DNA of 57,531 nt from assembly GCA_964419835.1 (NCBI GenBank), contig CAYQPT010000001.1, positions 10,367-67,897 of the forward strand. The letters are read 5' to 3'. The translations under genes were made by a program, and so were the position numbers. The notes under the pieces are model-generated. The model made no database searches and was not told the DNA's origin. It saw only the letters and a program-made list of their open reading frames with translations. Below, piece by piece: positions 37,795-47,014 of this stretch (its first letter is position 1; each line of letters opens with the position of its first letter). The stretch comes from an uncultured Candidatus Saccharibacteria bacterium (lineage in GTDB: Bacteria; Patescibacteriota; UBA1384; XYA2-FULL-43-10; 1-14-0-10-43-13).

Positions 37795-38247
37795 TTATTT
37801 TGAGTGCTCTTTAATCTTCTGGTCTATTTCCCTCTCAATATCTCTTTTTTTAAGTTTTTCTCTTTTTTCATACTTTTTCATACCCTTTCCAATTCCTAGT
37901 TCAAGTTTTGCCTTGCCGCGCGTTAAATACATTTTTATCGGAATTAGCGAAAACCCTTGTTCAGCGGTCTTACCGATCAGCTTATCGATCTGAGCTTTGT
38001 GCATAAGTAGTTTCCGTGTCCTCTGTCTGTCGCCCGATGTAACATTAAAATTTGCGCCCAACCAAAAAACCTCGCCATTGATGATTTTTGCATAAGAACC
38101 CGTCATATCAATCCTGTTAGCCCGGATTGTCTTGATCTCGTCGCCGGTTAAAACAATGCCAGTCTCTACAGAATCAACAATCTCGTAATCAAAGCGGGCT
38201 TTTTTATTATAGAACTCTTTTTTTACTAATGGCTTTTTATTGTTCAT
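37795..38247 (-). CDS. smpB: SsrA-binding protein SmpB
   Basis: NKKARFDYEI, GDEIKTIR, KLLMHK motifs. 150 aa. Confidence 0.9.
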   Translation of the reverse strand: MNNKKPLVKKEFYNKKARFDYEIVDSVETGIVLTGDEIKTIRANRIDMTGSYAKIINGEVFWLGANFNVTSGDRQRTRKLLMHKAQIDKLIGKTAEQGFSLIPIKMYLTRGKAKLELGIGKGMKKYEKREKLKKRDIEREIDQKIKEHSK

Positions 38248-39247
38248 TCTTGCTAAAAGTTTCTCTTACGGTGGGCCATTCTCTAATTATTACTGAAATT
38301 GATGCGGCAATGGGGACGGCAATTATAGCCCCGACAATTCCCATAAGTTTGCCCCCTGTTAAGATCGCCAGAATTATTACGACTGGCGAAAGACCAACCG
38401 CTTTCTGCATCACCTTGGGGACAATGAACGAATTTTCGAGCTGCTGAACAACAATATAAAGAATCGCCACAAAAAGCGCTTGAATAGGGGAGCTGCCGAG
38501 TGTTACCAGGACTGCAATTAATCCCGAGACTAGAGGACCAATTGTGGGAATGATTTCCAAAACACCGGACAATAAAGCCAACGTTAGGGCATAAGGAGCT
38601 CCTATGATATATAAACCGATTAAATCAATAATGCCAATAATCAAGCCCAGAAGCATCTGTCCCCTAAACCAATCGCCCACTTTTTGCGAAATTTTTCTCA
38701 CTAAAGCCATGACACTGTTTTGCTGGTCTGGCGCAATTACTGATTTAACAAATAGAGACATGCTATCCTTCGCCAAAAGAAGATAAACGGTCATCACAAT
38801 GGCTGCAAAAAATGCTACTACCCCGCCAAAAATTCCAGCCGTAACAGAGACAAATCCGCCGGTAATACTACCGATGTTTTTTAAAACCGTATTCAAACTC
38901 TCTTCGAGATTTGGCAAATGCTCTCTAACAATTTGATATTTAGTTAAGAGATCTGGAATGTTCTGGACCAACTGTTTTGTTTGCTCGACAACTGGGGGAA
39001 TGATAAGAGAAATTACACCTACCAAAATTATGACAGCGATTAGAATTAGTGCCAGAACTGAAGGAATGCGACCAATTTTTTTGCTCCACTTGTTCACAAT
39101 TGGACGAAACGAAGCAGTCAGAATCAAGACAATGAAAAAAAGCGCAATGATTTCTCTGACCATAAACAAAAGGTAGAACATAACACCAACCATTATTATT
39201 TTTACAATGGTCCAGAAAGGCACATCTAATTTAATTGACTGATTCAT
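38237..39247 (-). CDS. AI-2E family transporter (PerM/UPF0118)
   Basis: About 8 TM and the characteristic C-terminal GGKLMGIVGAIIAVPIAA region. Confidence 0.75.
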   Translation of the reverse strand: MNQSIKLDVPFWTIVKIIMVGVMFYLLFMVREIIALFFIVLILTASFRPIVNKWSKKIGRIPSVLALILIAVIILVGVISLIIPPVVEQTKQLVQNIPDLLTKYQIVREHLPNLEESLNTVLKNIGSITGGFVSVTAGIFGGVVAFFAAIVMTVYLLLAKDSMSLFVKSVIAPDQQNSVMALVRKISQKVGDWFRGQMLLGLIIGIIDLIGLYIIGAPYALTLALLSGVLEIIPTIGPLVSGLIAVLVTLGSSPIQALFVAILYIVVQQLENSFIVPKVMQKAVGLSPVVIILAILTGGKLMGIVGAIIAVPIAASISVIIREWPTVRETFSKNEQ

Positions 39248-39263
39248 TTTTCTCCTTTTTTGT

Positions 39264-39908
39264 TTAGTCCTTTACAATTCGCGAGTAATTTAATTGTACA
39301 GGTGTTCCGGCGGGAATTTCAATAGATTCTATCCCTCGTACTGTCATTTTAATATCTTTAGAAGAGATTTGATCAATGATTCCACCTTTTCGTTCAATTG
39401 CTGACTTCAATAAACTGCTGTTACCTAAAACATTTACTTCATACTTGCTCATACCACTAAATTGGCCCATATCCGTATTTAGTACAAGACGTCTGTTATT
39501 AATCGAGATCACTTCGGCACCAATATTTTTTATCGCATTCACTAAATCAACCACTTGTGCTGTGTTTAACTTTCCATCAACGGTAATTGTGACGCCCTGT
39601 CCGGTCTTTGACTTAACCGCGTTGATGATGTTAAAGCGATCTGAATCGGCCAAATATTGATCATATTTTGTCTTATTCGATTGTGCCCCATCTTTATATA
39701 ATTCCAAGCTTGCCGTTAAATCTTTAACTTCTCTACGCAAATCAGCATTTGTTTTTGTGAGCTGGGAAACTTCCAGCGCAAGCACAGCATTATTTTCCGG
39801 CTGAATTACCTTTTTGTATTCCTTCACTGAAATAAGCTGGGAAACAATAAAAATTCCCAAAAATAAACAAATAATTGAAAGGATTATGTAATCCAGTTTC
39901 TTAAGCAT
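39264..39908 (-). CDS. DUF881 domain protein
   Basis: N-terminal TM, coiled coil, GQGVTITV...GAEVISINNRR. Confidence 0.7.
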   Translation of the reverse strand: MLKKLDYIILSIICLFLGIFIVSQLISVKEYKKVIQPENNAVLALEVSQLTKTNADLRREVKDLTASLELYKDGAQSNKTKYDQYLADSDRFNIINAVKSKTGQGVTITVDGKLNTAQVVDLVNAIKNIGAEVISINNRRLVLNTDMGQFSGMSKYEVNVLGNSSLLKSAIERKGGIIDQISSKDIKMTVRGIESIEIPAGTPVQLNYSRIVKD

Positions 39909-40642
39909 TAGTTTGCCTCCGTTTTCACATCAAAACTTCCATCGAAAACAGGTACGGTAATGTCATTATTTTTTTCAGTATTGAAGACGAGGCCAGATGC
40001 TCTTCTCTGGTAGAGATTTTCTAAGTTAGTCGGATTAGTGATTCTACTAAATAGCGTGTCTTGCTGTCCGATTGCTTCAATTCTGAAAGGAGTGGAAATG
40101 CGGACATCGTTCACCATAATGGTATTAACTATACAATCAATCGCCGTATTAATAACGACACGCTGGCCGTTAATTGAGATGGCTTCCGCTCCTGATCCCC
40201 AAAGCAGATTGACGATATCCCTCAAATCTCCAGCATGGACAATAGAGTCCTCAGAAGGAGTAATATTCTTACTGTCATCTAAAGTAATAATAATGCCTCG
40301 ACCGTTTAATTTTGTTAGTCCTGCTTTAGATTTGCTGATACTCAAAGATGATATTTCACTTTTTGACAAAGTCGTATCTTCTGATTCATTTTGCACTTTT
40401 TCTATGCCTGCCTGAAGACTTTTTATCTCCTGCTTGAGTTGACTCTGATCGGTATAAAGAGACTCTCTGGTTTCCTTCAAGCTGGCATAGGGGGCCGCTG
40501 GATCCGTTACACGAGTAGGAGGAGTTTTCCACTGAGCCGCGATCAAAAGTCCAAATACAATAGAAAATAAGGTTAGGATTAACCTAAGTGCAACATTTTT
40601 GCCTTTTTCAATTTTTTCTTTTGAAATATTTGGTCGTTTCAT
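39908..40642 (-). CDS. DUF881 domain protein
   Basis: N-terminal TM, coiled coil, GRGIIITL...GAEAISINGQR. 1-nt overlap with its paralogue. Confidence 0.7.
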   Translation of the reverse strand: MKRPNISKEKIEKGKNVALRLILTLFSIVFGLLIAAQWKTPPTRVTDPAAPYASLKETRESLYTDQSQLKQEIKSLQAGIEKVQNESEDTTLSKSEISSLSISKSKAGLTKLNGRGIIITLDDSKNITPSEDSIVHAGDLRDIVNLLWGSGAEAISINGQRVVINTAIDCIVNTIMVNDVRISTPFRIEAIGQQDTLFSRITNPTNLENLYQRRASGLVFNTEKNNDITVPVFDGSFDVKTEAN

Positions 40643-40726
40643 TTGTTTGTTTAAGTTGATAATGTTATCGCTGAACTGGTATTAAAAAATTTGTTGGCTT
40701 GCCATGAGCGAACAAAGTGAGTCGAA

Positions 40727-40802
40727 TGGTACCCCCAGTAGGAGTTGCACCTACGACCTTTCCCTTAGGACGGGACTGCTCTATCTACTGAGCTATGGGG
40801 GC
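40727..40802 (-). tRNA. tRNA-Arg (anticodon CCU), CCA encoded, non-canonical D and T loops
   Basis: Hand fold of GCCCCCATAGCTCAGTAGATAGAGCAGTCCCGTCCTAAGGGAAAGGTCGTAGGTGCAACTCCTACTGGGGGTACCA. 7-bp acceptor stem (G1-U72 wobble), anticodon loop GUCCUAA, T loop UGCAACU, D loop without GG. Confidence 0.75.
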
Positions 40803-40946
40803 AAAAATATCCACTGCCTGTCAGCCGAAGCTTCTGCGAAGGCGGAAGCTACGTTGGCGCACCTACGCTAGATTTTAGCACAATTTTACGATATATTAAA
40901 TATCACAGCGGGGTGTAGATTAATGCGCGTCCCTCACCTTTTGCAT

Positions 40947-41022
40947 CGGGGACTGGCCTAATTGGTAAGGCGCACGATTCGGGTTCGTGAGACTCCGGAT
41001 TCGAGTTCCGGGTCCCCGACCA
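40947..41022 (+). tRNA. tRNA-Pro (anticodon CGG), CCA encoded
   Basis: Hand fold of CGGGGACTGGCCTAATTGGTAAGGCGCACGATTCGGGTTCGTGAGACTCCGGATTCGAGTTCCGGGTCCCCGACCA. C1-G72 and A73 typical of bacterial tRNA-Pro. Canonical TTCGAGT T loop. Confidence 0.9.
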
Positions 41023-41034
41023 AAAGGTGAGGGA

Positions 41035-41220
41035 AGGTCCGCGGTTTCCGTCAAAGGCGAGATCTCGCCCGAAAGGCAGACAAATCCCTGCCTGCCGGCA
41101 GGCTATGAGTCCTGACGAGGGCAGGCGCGCACCCCGACCATCCTTCGCTCCTCTGGAGCTACAGATGGCATAGCCACCTAATTCTCGATCTCAACTGATA
41201 TTCAGATTGCGATCGCCAAA
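41035..41220. ncRNA. GC-rich structured region of unknown function (candidate ncRNA) immediately 3' of tRNA-Pro
   Basis: No ORF. GC far above surroundings. Perfect palindromes GGCGAGATCTCGCC and CCTGCCGGCAGG. Repeated GGCAG(G)/CCTGCC elements allow alternative pairings. Confidence 0.3.
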
Positions 41221-41253
41221 GAAAAAAGCCCCTTCATACACGGGACTTTTTTT
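41221..41253 (-). terminator. intrinsic terminator downstream of the HU gene
   Basis: Minus strand: AGTCCC-loop-GGGGCT followed by TTTTTTC. The plus strand also ends in a T-run. Confidence 0.7.
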
Positions 41254-41269
41254 ATATGTTCAAATCTGA

Positions 41270-41542
41270 TTATTTAACTTTACTACGAAGATTTCTCGAT
41301 GGTTTAAATCTAGGCATTTTGGTTGCAGAGATTTTAATTGGATCTCCGGTTCGAGGATTGACGCCAGCACGGGCTTTTCTTTTACCAACATCAAATGTGC
41401 CAAAACCGGTTAGGGTAACTTTGCTTCCCTTGGCTATTTCGATAGAAACCAAGTCAAGCATTGTTTGAACTCCGGCTTCGGCTTCTCTTCGGGAAAGACC
41501 GGTTTTTCTAGCTACTTCATTAATAAGTTCGTTTTTATTCAT
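41270..41542 (-). CDS. hup: HU-family DNA-binding protein
   Basis: MNKNELI...GFGTF...R.GRNP.TG pattern. 90 aa. AAAGGAG RBS 6 nt upstream of this ATG, so the ORF-track TTG extension was rejected. Confidence 0.9.
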   Translation of the reverse strand: MNKNELINEVARKTGLSRREAEAGVQTMLDLVSIEIAKGSKVTLTGFGTFDVGKRKARAGVNPRTGDPIKISATKMPRFKPSRNLRSKVK

Positions 41543-41569
41543 TACATCTCCTTTCAAGAGCAGGTTTTT

Positions 41570-42370
41570 TTAAACCTTTAACAATTTACTAATTCTGGTT
41601 ATTTTAATCGCCTTTTTAGTCTTTTTTTGGACTTCAATCAACACAGCGTTAAAGATGCTATCCCCACTTGCTACTATATGCGAAAGGGGTGTCTGTGTCA
41701 AGAATTTTTCAATAATGATATCCTTTTTAACACCTAGGACTGAATTTTCTGGTCCACTCATCCCGACATCGGAAATAAATGCAGTGCCACGAGGCAGAAT
41801 TCTCTCATCCGCAGTCTGGACATGGGTATGTGTTCCAAGTACTGCAGAAACCATCCCTTCGAGGTAATACCCAAGGGCCATCTTTTCACTGGTCGCCTCA
41901 GCATGAAAATCCACTACGATTATCCTGTTTTTAAAATTCTCAACTATATTTTTACCTATTGTGAACGGATCTTCAATGTCATCTTTCATAAAAACACGCC
42001 CCTGCAGATTGATTATTACCAGTTTCTCTCCAGAAATCTCCAATTCCGCAAATCCCCTGCCCGGCAGTGACTCGGGGAAATTAGCAGGGCGGACAACCTT
42101 TACCCTCTTGTCATTTAAACAGGGAATAAAGTCGGCATTATTCCAAATATGGTTTCCCGATGTGAAATAGTCTACACCGGCATCAATCATTTCCTGATAT
42201 TTTCCATATGTCATGCCCTTGCCTGACGCCAGATTTTCACCGTTTGCAATGACAAAATCGACGGCTTCTTTCTTCTTAAGAAGGGGAATAAAATGAGCCA
42301 CTGCTCGACGGCCGGGCTTGCCTACAATATCCCCGATAAAAAGGATTTTTATAGATTTTTCATTTGCCAT
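41570..42370 (-). CDS. ymdB: YmdB-family (TIGR00282) metallophosphoesterase
   Basis: KILFIGDIVGKPGR, GENLASGKG, DFHAEATSEK, GTHTHVQTAD motifs. Downstream of rny, as in Firmicutes. Confidence 0.85.
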   Translation of the reverse strand: MANEKSIKILFIGDIVGKPGRRAVAHFIPLLKKKEAVDFVIANGENLASGKGMTYGKYQEMIDAGVDYFTSGNHIWNNADFIPCLNDKRVKVVRPANFPESLPGRGFAELEISGEKLVIINLQGRVFMKDDIEDPFTIGKNIVENFKNRIIVVDFHAEATSEKMALGYYLEGMVSAVLGTHTHVQTADERILPRGTAFISDVGMSGPENSVLGVKKDIIIEKFLTQTPLSHIVASGDSIFNAVLIEVQKKTKKAIKITRISKLLKV

Positions 42371-42470
42371 TGATCATTTCTCATTTATTTGCCATTGATC
42401 ATTTTATAATTGAAAATTAAATGAAAAATGGAAACTGATAATTGATAAATTTAAATTTTTAGCAAAAAAT

Positions 42471-43994
42471 TTATTTCGCGTACTCTACTGCTCTTGTTTC
42501 CCTTATTACATGAACCTTAACCTGACCCGGATATTGGACCTCTTCCTCAATTTTCTTTGCGATTTCCTTGGACATTTTTTCCGCAGTCAAGTCATCTATC
42601 TCTTCCGGTTTTACAAATATACGGACTTCCCGTCCCGCCTGAATGGCATATGACTTATCTACGCCAGTAAATGAGTTAGAAACCCGCTCGAGCTCTTGAA
42701 GCCGTTTGATATGAAGATCTAAAGATTCGCGCCTTGCGCCCGGTCTTGCAGAAGAGATTGCATCAGCGACTTGAATGATCGCCGCCTCAACCGTTTCTAT
42801 TTCAACATCTTCATGGTGAGCTTCAATGGCATGAATTAATTCCTTTGAAAGCTTGAACTTTCGCGCAATGTCAGCCGAGATTACGGCGTGAGAACCAGGA
42901 ACCTCATGATCGACAGCTTTTCCTAGGTCATGAAGCAATCCTGCGCGCTTAACCAAAGCTGTATCTGCTCCAATTTCCTCGGAGATCAAAGCACCTAAAC
43001 GAGCAACTTCGATTGCATGCTGTAGCTGGTTTTGACCAAAAGAAGTTCTAAACTTTAGCCGTCCCAAGACTTTCAATATCTCCGGTGGCAAACCCGTTAC
43101 GCCAACTTCATATGCCGCCTCTTCGCCCGACTTCTTAACATCGGCCGAAACAATCTTCTTTGCTTTTTCAAAAGCGTCTTCAATTCTGGCTGGGTTAATT
43201 CGGCCATCTGTAACTAACTCTGCCAAAGTAACCTTGGCAACTTGTTTTCGGATTGGGTCAAATGTGGAAATAACTACAGCTTCGGGAGTATCGTCAATAA
43301 TTAAATCTACACCGGTTAGCTTCTCAAATGACTGGATATTTCTACCTTCACGACCAATGATTCTACCTTTCATCTCGTCCGATGGAATGTCGACAGTACA
43401 GATAGTTGATTCGGCAGCCGTCTCAGCAGCCACTCTCTGCATTGCCGTAACAACCACCTTTCTAGCCGCCACATCGGCATTTTCCTTAACATAAACGTCT
43501 ACTTCTTTGATCTTCTTAACCAATTCTTCTTTGCCTTCTTTTTCAATCAAATCAAACAATACCTTTTTCGCCTCATCCTTGGTCATTTTGGCAATTCGCT
43601 CCAAACTGTCTTCCTGCTTCTTTCGCAGATCGCGCAATACCTGTTTGGTTTCTTCAATCTGTTTTTCCTTGGAGGTAATTTCCTTGTGTGATTTATCGAT
43701 CTCAGCGAACCTTGAATCAATAGTTAGCTCTCTTCTTCTTAAATCCTGTTCTGTTCTTTCTAAGTATCTTGATTTTTCGTCATAGGATCTCTTAGCACTA
43801 TCCTTCTCTTTCATCGCTTCATCCTTGGCCTGCAGTAAAATTTCTTTCTTTTCAGTTTCTGCCTCAGAAATTATCTTTTCCGACTTTGATTTGGCGTTTG
43901 CAATTTTTCTGCTTGTCGTAATGTTAAACAGAATGAATGCCAAAATTCCGCCGGACAAAAGCCCTGCGAAAACCGCGAGAATAATGTTAATCAT
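42471..43994 (-). CDS. rny: ribonuclease Y
   Basis: N-terminal TM, coiled coil, KH domain (GRIIGREGRNI), HD domain (LLHDLGK). Confidence 0.92.
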   Translation of the reverse strand: MINIILAVFAGLLSGGILAFILFNITTSRKIANAKSKSEKIISEAETEKKEILLQAKDEAMKEKDSAKRSYDEKSRYLERTEQDLRRRELTIDSRFAEIDKSHKEITSKEKQIEETKQVLRDLRKKQEDSLERIAKMTKDEAKKVLFDLIEKEGKEELVKKIKEVDVYVKENADVAARKVVVTAMQRVAAETAAESTICTVDIPSDEMKGRIIGREGRNIQSFEKLTGVDLIIDDTPEAVVISTFDPIRKQVAKVTLAELVTDGRINPARIEDAFEKAKKIVSADVKKSGEEAAYEVGVTGLPPEILKVLGRLKFRTSFGQNQLQHAIEVARLGALISEEIGADTALVKRAGLLHDLGKAVDHEVPGSHAVISADIARKFKLSKELIHAIEAHHEDVEIETVEAAIIQVADAISSARPGARRESLDLHIKRLQELERVSNSFTGVDKSYAIQAGREVRIFVKPEEIDDLTAEKMSKEIAKKIEEEVQYPGQVKVHVIRETRAVEYAK

Positions 43995-44273
43995 GCGTTC
44001 CTTTCATTTTCCCGATCAGTCAAAATAAACAGGTTCTATCTGTTTTTATAGGTCTGGAGCGTATATTTTCTGATGCTCATCGTCATTTTGATTGATATAT
44101 GGGAAATATTTTTAAATTAATAATAACAATTCCAGTATAACTTTTTCAAAGATAAAAGTAAACTTTATTTCACGATGCTTTGATATATTTTGGTAGACTG
44201 AATGAATCTTATTTCGAACACCTTGTGGACTGGCTAAACCAGTTAATGCTCGCGTATCAAACCGATCAAGAGA

Positions 44274-44489
44274 CTAAATCTTGATCTCTTTTAGTTTTAG
44301 TATCTTTTTGACTTTTTGTACCTTTTCAATCGACGGATTAACTTCATCCCGTTCCATCTGGGCATAGAAATTAGTACTGATGCCTGCCGCCTCAGTAACT
44401 TCCTGTTGAGTCAAGTGCAGCTTTTCCCTGGCTTGTCTTAGCTGTTCCCCAACACTTTTATTCGGTTTTGTAGAATTATCGGCTGTCAT
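44274..44489 (-). CDS. XRE-family HTH regulator (71 aa), paralogue of 19439-19651
   Basis: LTQQEVTEAAGISTNFYAQMERDE. Confidence 0.75.
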   Translation of the reverse strand: MTADNSTKPNKSVGEQLRQAREKLHLTQQEVTEAAGISTNFYAQMERDEVNPSIEKVQKVKKILKLKEIKI

Positions 44490-44546
44490 GGCATTATTCT
44501 ATCAAAAAATAGCCTAAAAGACCAGTGTAAGGTTAATCTACAATAG

Positions 44547-44765
44547 TTATTCAGGGTTTTTGGGTCCGCCAGTTTCAAGAGTGGACAAAAGCCGTTTTAG
44601 CCAATTCTCTTTCCCGATTTCATCAATCATTCTGGAATTTGCTTTAATCCAAGTTTCCTTTGAAACTGCCGGCTTATGATCCATGCAGAGCCCCGAATAA
44701 ATATTGATTGCATAAAACGGATTGGCAAACATTTCTTCCATTTCTTTTTCGGTCATTGTTCTCAC
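44547..44765 (-). CDS. hypothetical small protein (72 aa)
   Basis: ORF upstream of, and co-directional with, the XRE gene. No motif recognised. Confidence 0.4.
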   Translation of the reverse strand: MRTMTEKEMEEMFANPFYAINIYSGLCMDHKPAVSKETWIKANSRMIDEIGKENWLKRLLSTLETGGPKNPE

Positions 44766-44827
44766 TTTCTACTTGTTACAAGTCGAGTATAACACAAAAA
44801 ATAATAGATTATAACCAAAGGAGAACT

Positions 44828-45568
44828 ATGTATAAAAACCCATCGTTCAAAGATTACTTAAAGCGCCGAGACGCAATTATTCAAGCCGAAAAATCGAAAG
44901 AGCCGAAAAAAGTAAAAATTATCCCCTCCTTATATAATGAAAAGACTTTTTATCGCTCATTTATCAAAGATATGCTTAATGCTGATAAAGAGGTCATCAT
45001 CTATTCGCCGTTTATATCAAAATTCAGATCGGACTTTTTCAACAAGACAATGAAAAAGCTAAGACGGAGAAACATTGATGTCTTTATATTTACTAGACCA
45101 ATCGAAGAGCATGAGTACTTTATGCAAAGTGAAATAAAATGTGCCTTAAGTGACTATGAAGAGATGGGAGCCACAATCTTTTATCTTCCCGGGTCGATAC
45201 ATGAAAAAGTAGCGATTATTGACCGCAAAATCCTTTGGGAAGGGAGCTTGAATATCCTTTCACAGAGAACCAGTCGGGAGATGATGAGACGGACTTTCGA
45301 CGAGAAGAAAGCTAAGGAGGTAATGACCTATCTTGGCACAAATAGAAAGCTTGCCGAAGGTTACAAGGATAAATACGAGAGAATGTACCGAAGTTTGGTA
45401 GCTAATCAAAAGGAAGATCGCAGACTGAAAATCAAGTTTTTCTTTACCGGAATAATCGTGCCAATATTTGGCTGGTGGCTCATTCTCAATATTAAGGTCG
45501 TGATGCTAAGTTTGAAATGGATTAGATTGATAATAAATATAATCAAACAGTTTACCTGGCTATCGTAA
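44828..45568 (+). CDS. single-HKD PLD/Nuc-family nuclease-like protein with C-terminal TM (paralogue of 18672-19385)
   Basis: HEKVAIIDRKILWEGSLNILSQRTSREMMRR is identical to the paralogue. Start set at MYKNPSF (GGAG RBS). Confidence 0.7.
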   Translation: MYKNPSFKDYLKRRDAIIQAEKSKEPKKVKIIPSLYNEKTFYRSFIKDMLNADKEVIIYSPFISKFRSDFFNKTMKKLRRRNIDVFIFTRPIEEHEYFMQSEIKCALSDYEEMGATIFYLPGSIHEKVAIIDRKILWEGSLNILSQRTSREMMRRTFDEKKAKEVMTYLGTNRKLAEGYKDKYERMYRSLVANQKEDRRLKIKFFFTGIIVPIFGWWLILNIKVVMLSLKWIRLIINIIKQFTWLS

Positions 45569-45629
45569 GCGCAAAGAAATTTATTAGGGCATGTCACGTC
45601 AAAGATGTCAACAGTATTGTTTTGGCAAT

Positions 45630-45658
45630 TTGCAAAATGCCCTATTTTATGGTATTAT
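45630..45658 (+). promoter_or_regulatory. sigma70-like promoter upstream of the CBASS-like operon
   Basis: TTGCAA, 17-nt spacer, TATTAT. Confidence 0.5.
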
Positions 45659-45715
45659 TATTTAATAAGGGGAAGAAAGACAATTCAATAAAAGAGGAGG
45701 TGGAACGATATTTGT

Positions 45716-47014
45716 TTGGCCGAAAGGCTAGAAGTTAAACAACTTGGAGAGGAACAAGCTCGTTTAGTAAGAAACTACGCCAATTGGCAACACATATCGT
45801 ATTGCTTTCCGGCGTGGTTTTTTAAAACAGCACTAAAAAAGGATGGGAAAATGGCTAAGCTAAACCAGGTTACAAGATACATAAAAAAGGATACTGAAAT
45901 TGAGTTATGGGCTCGTGCATCTGGGCGTTGTGAATTCAAGAATTGCAACCGGCTACTTTATAAATCGCCTGTTACTCAAGAGAGTGTGAATATAGCGGAT
46001 AAAGCTCATATCTACTCTTTTTCCGAAAAAGGTCCTCGGGGGTGGGGATTTTTCCGATACGCATTGCGTAAAATTAATGATTCCTCAAATCTTATGCTGG
46101 TATGTCATGGTTGTCATAAAACTATTGATAAGACAAATGGGGTCGATTACCCTGCCGAACTATTACAAAAATGGAAAGCGGATCACGAGATCAGAATAAG
46201 AGCCGTCACAGGCATTAGCCCTGACAGAAAATCCAATGTCATTTTTTACGGGGCCAAGATTGGAGAACAAGATTCACCCTTAGACTTCAATACATGCGCG
46301 ACAGCAATGTTCGGCAAGGAGCGGTTCCCTGAAGATGATCGCCCCGTTATTCTTTCAACTAAGTATGAACATGAGGATAACCAAGTAAATTATTGGAAAA
46401 CCGAAGCAGACCATTTGAGAGCATCTTTTGATAAACTAATCGGAAGAATAACTAATGATGGGCGTGACCGCAAGCACTTTTCTTTGTTCGGACTTGCGCC
46501 TCAACCTCTGCTAATATTATTCGGAACTTTATTCACAGACATAGCGGGAGTCGACGTTTACCAACTCCATCGAGAACCACAAACCTGGGAGTGGTTAGAT
46601 AAACAAGACTGCGATAAATTTATTATCACTGAGCCGACTGATTTTAAACATCCTCCCGTGCTGGTAATTTCCTTGAGCGATAAAATCGGGTTTGAAAGAA
46701 TTACTTCGGTTCTGGGAGCTGACATCTGCGTTTGGGAGTTATCGATAAATGACTGCAATAACGATTTTCTGAAATCAGAAGCCCAACTTTCCGAGTTCAG
46801 AAAAATAATGAGAAAATTGATGGTATCAATAAAGACCAGGCATGGCCAGTCAACGCCGCTGAGCATTTTTCCGGCGATGCCTCTTGCATGTGCCATTGAA
46901 TTGGGTCGCATTAGAATGCCGAGAGCTGAAATGCCATGGATTATATACGATCAAAATAATAAAGAAAAAAAATTTATAAAAGCAATTAATATCCCGGTGG
47001 TGAAAAATGACTAA
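45716..47014 (+). CDS. cap5: HNH endonuclease fused to a probable SAVED sensor domain (Cap5-like CBASS effector)
   Basis: LWARASGRCEFKNCN ... DKAHIYSF ... LMLVCHGCHKTID HNH pattern, followed by a 250-aa C-domain. 8-bp overlap with the CD-NTase gene. TTG start at 45716 follows AGGAGG; the alternative ATG is at 45851. Confidence 0.6.
   Translation: MAERLEVKQLGEEQARLVRNYANWQHISYCFPAWFFKTALKKDGKMAKLNQVTRYIKKDTEIELWARASGRCEFKNCNRLLYKSPVTQESVNIADKAHIYSFSEKGPRGWGFFRYALRKINDSSNLMLVCHGCHKTIDKTNGVDYPAELLQKWKADHEIRIRAVTGISPDRKSNVIFYGAKIGEQDSPLDFNTCATAMFGKERFPEDDRPVILSTKYEHEDNQVNYWKTEADHLRASFDKLIGRITNDGRDRKHFSLFGLAPQPLLILFGTLFTDIAGVDVYQLHREPQTWEWLDKQDCDKFIITEPTDFKHPPVLVISLSDKIGFERITSVLGADICVWELSINDCNNDFLKSEAQLSEFRKIMRKLMVSIKTRHGQSTPLSIFPAMPLACAIELGRIRMPRAEMPWIIYDQNNKEKKFIKAINIPVVKND

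Noticed and set aside
41105-41125. Hammerhead ribozyme core (CTGACGA matches CUGANGA; a CGAAA lies nearby)
   Set aside because: The order and spacing of the elements are wrong: GAAA lies upstream, and there is no stem II hairpin followed by GAAA. No cleavage-site context is present.
41025-41175. RNase P RNA: GAGGGAAGGUCC resembles the conserved P4 GAGGAAAGUCC, and CUACAGAUGGCAUAGCC vaguely resembles ACAGAAnnCGGCUUA
   Set aside because: The region is only about 190 nt. The sequence that would have to form P1-P3 upstream is the tRNA-Pro itself, and the rest of the conserved core is not recognisable. Similarity is limited to short motifs.
41543-41557. ORF-track N-terminal extensions using TTG/GTG or upstream ATG: HU MKGDV-, surface protein MSKPEGT-, 31604-31612 MEVS-, 22297-22359, and 44708-44827 of the PLD paralogue
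   Set aside because: In each case a clear Shine-Dalgarno sequence precedes the internal ATG, and the shorter product matches the family-typical N-terminus.
42362-42404. 18-bp direct repeat ATTTGCCATTGATCATTT x2 spanning the ymdB start codon, creating a 4-codon upstream mini-ORF (MANK)
   Set aside because: It is probably a small local duplication. There is no evidence of function and too little sequence to support a leader-peptide claim.
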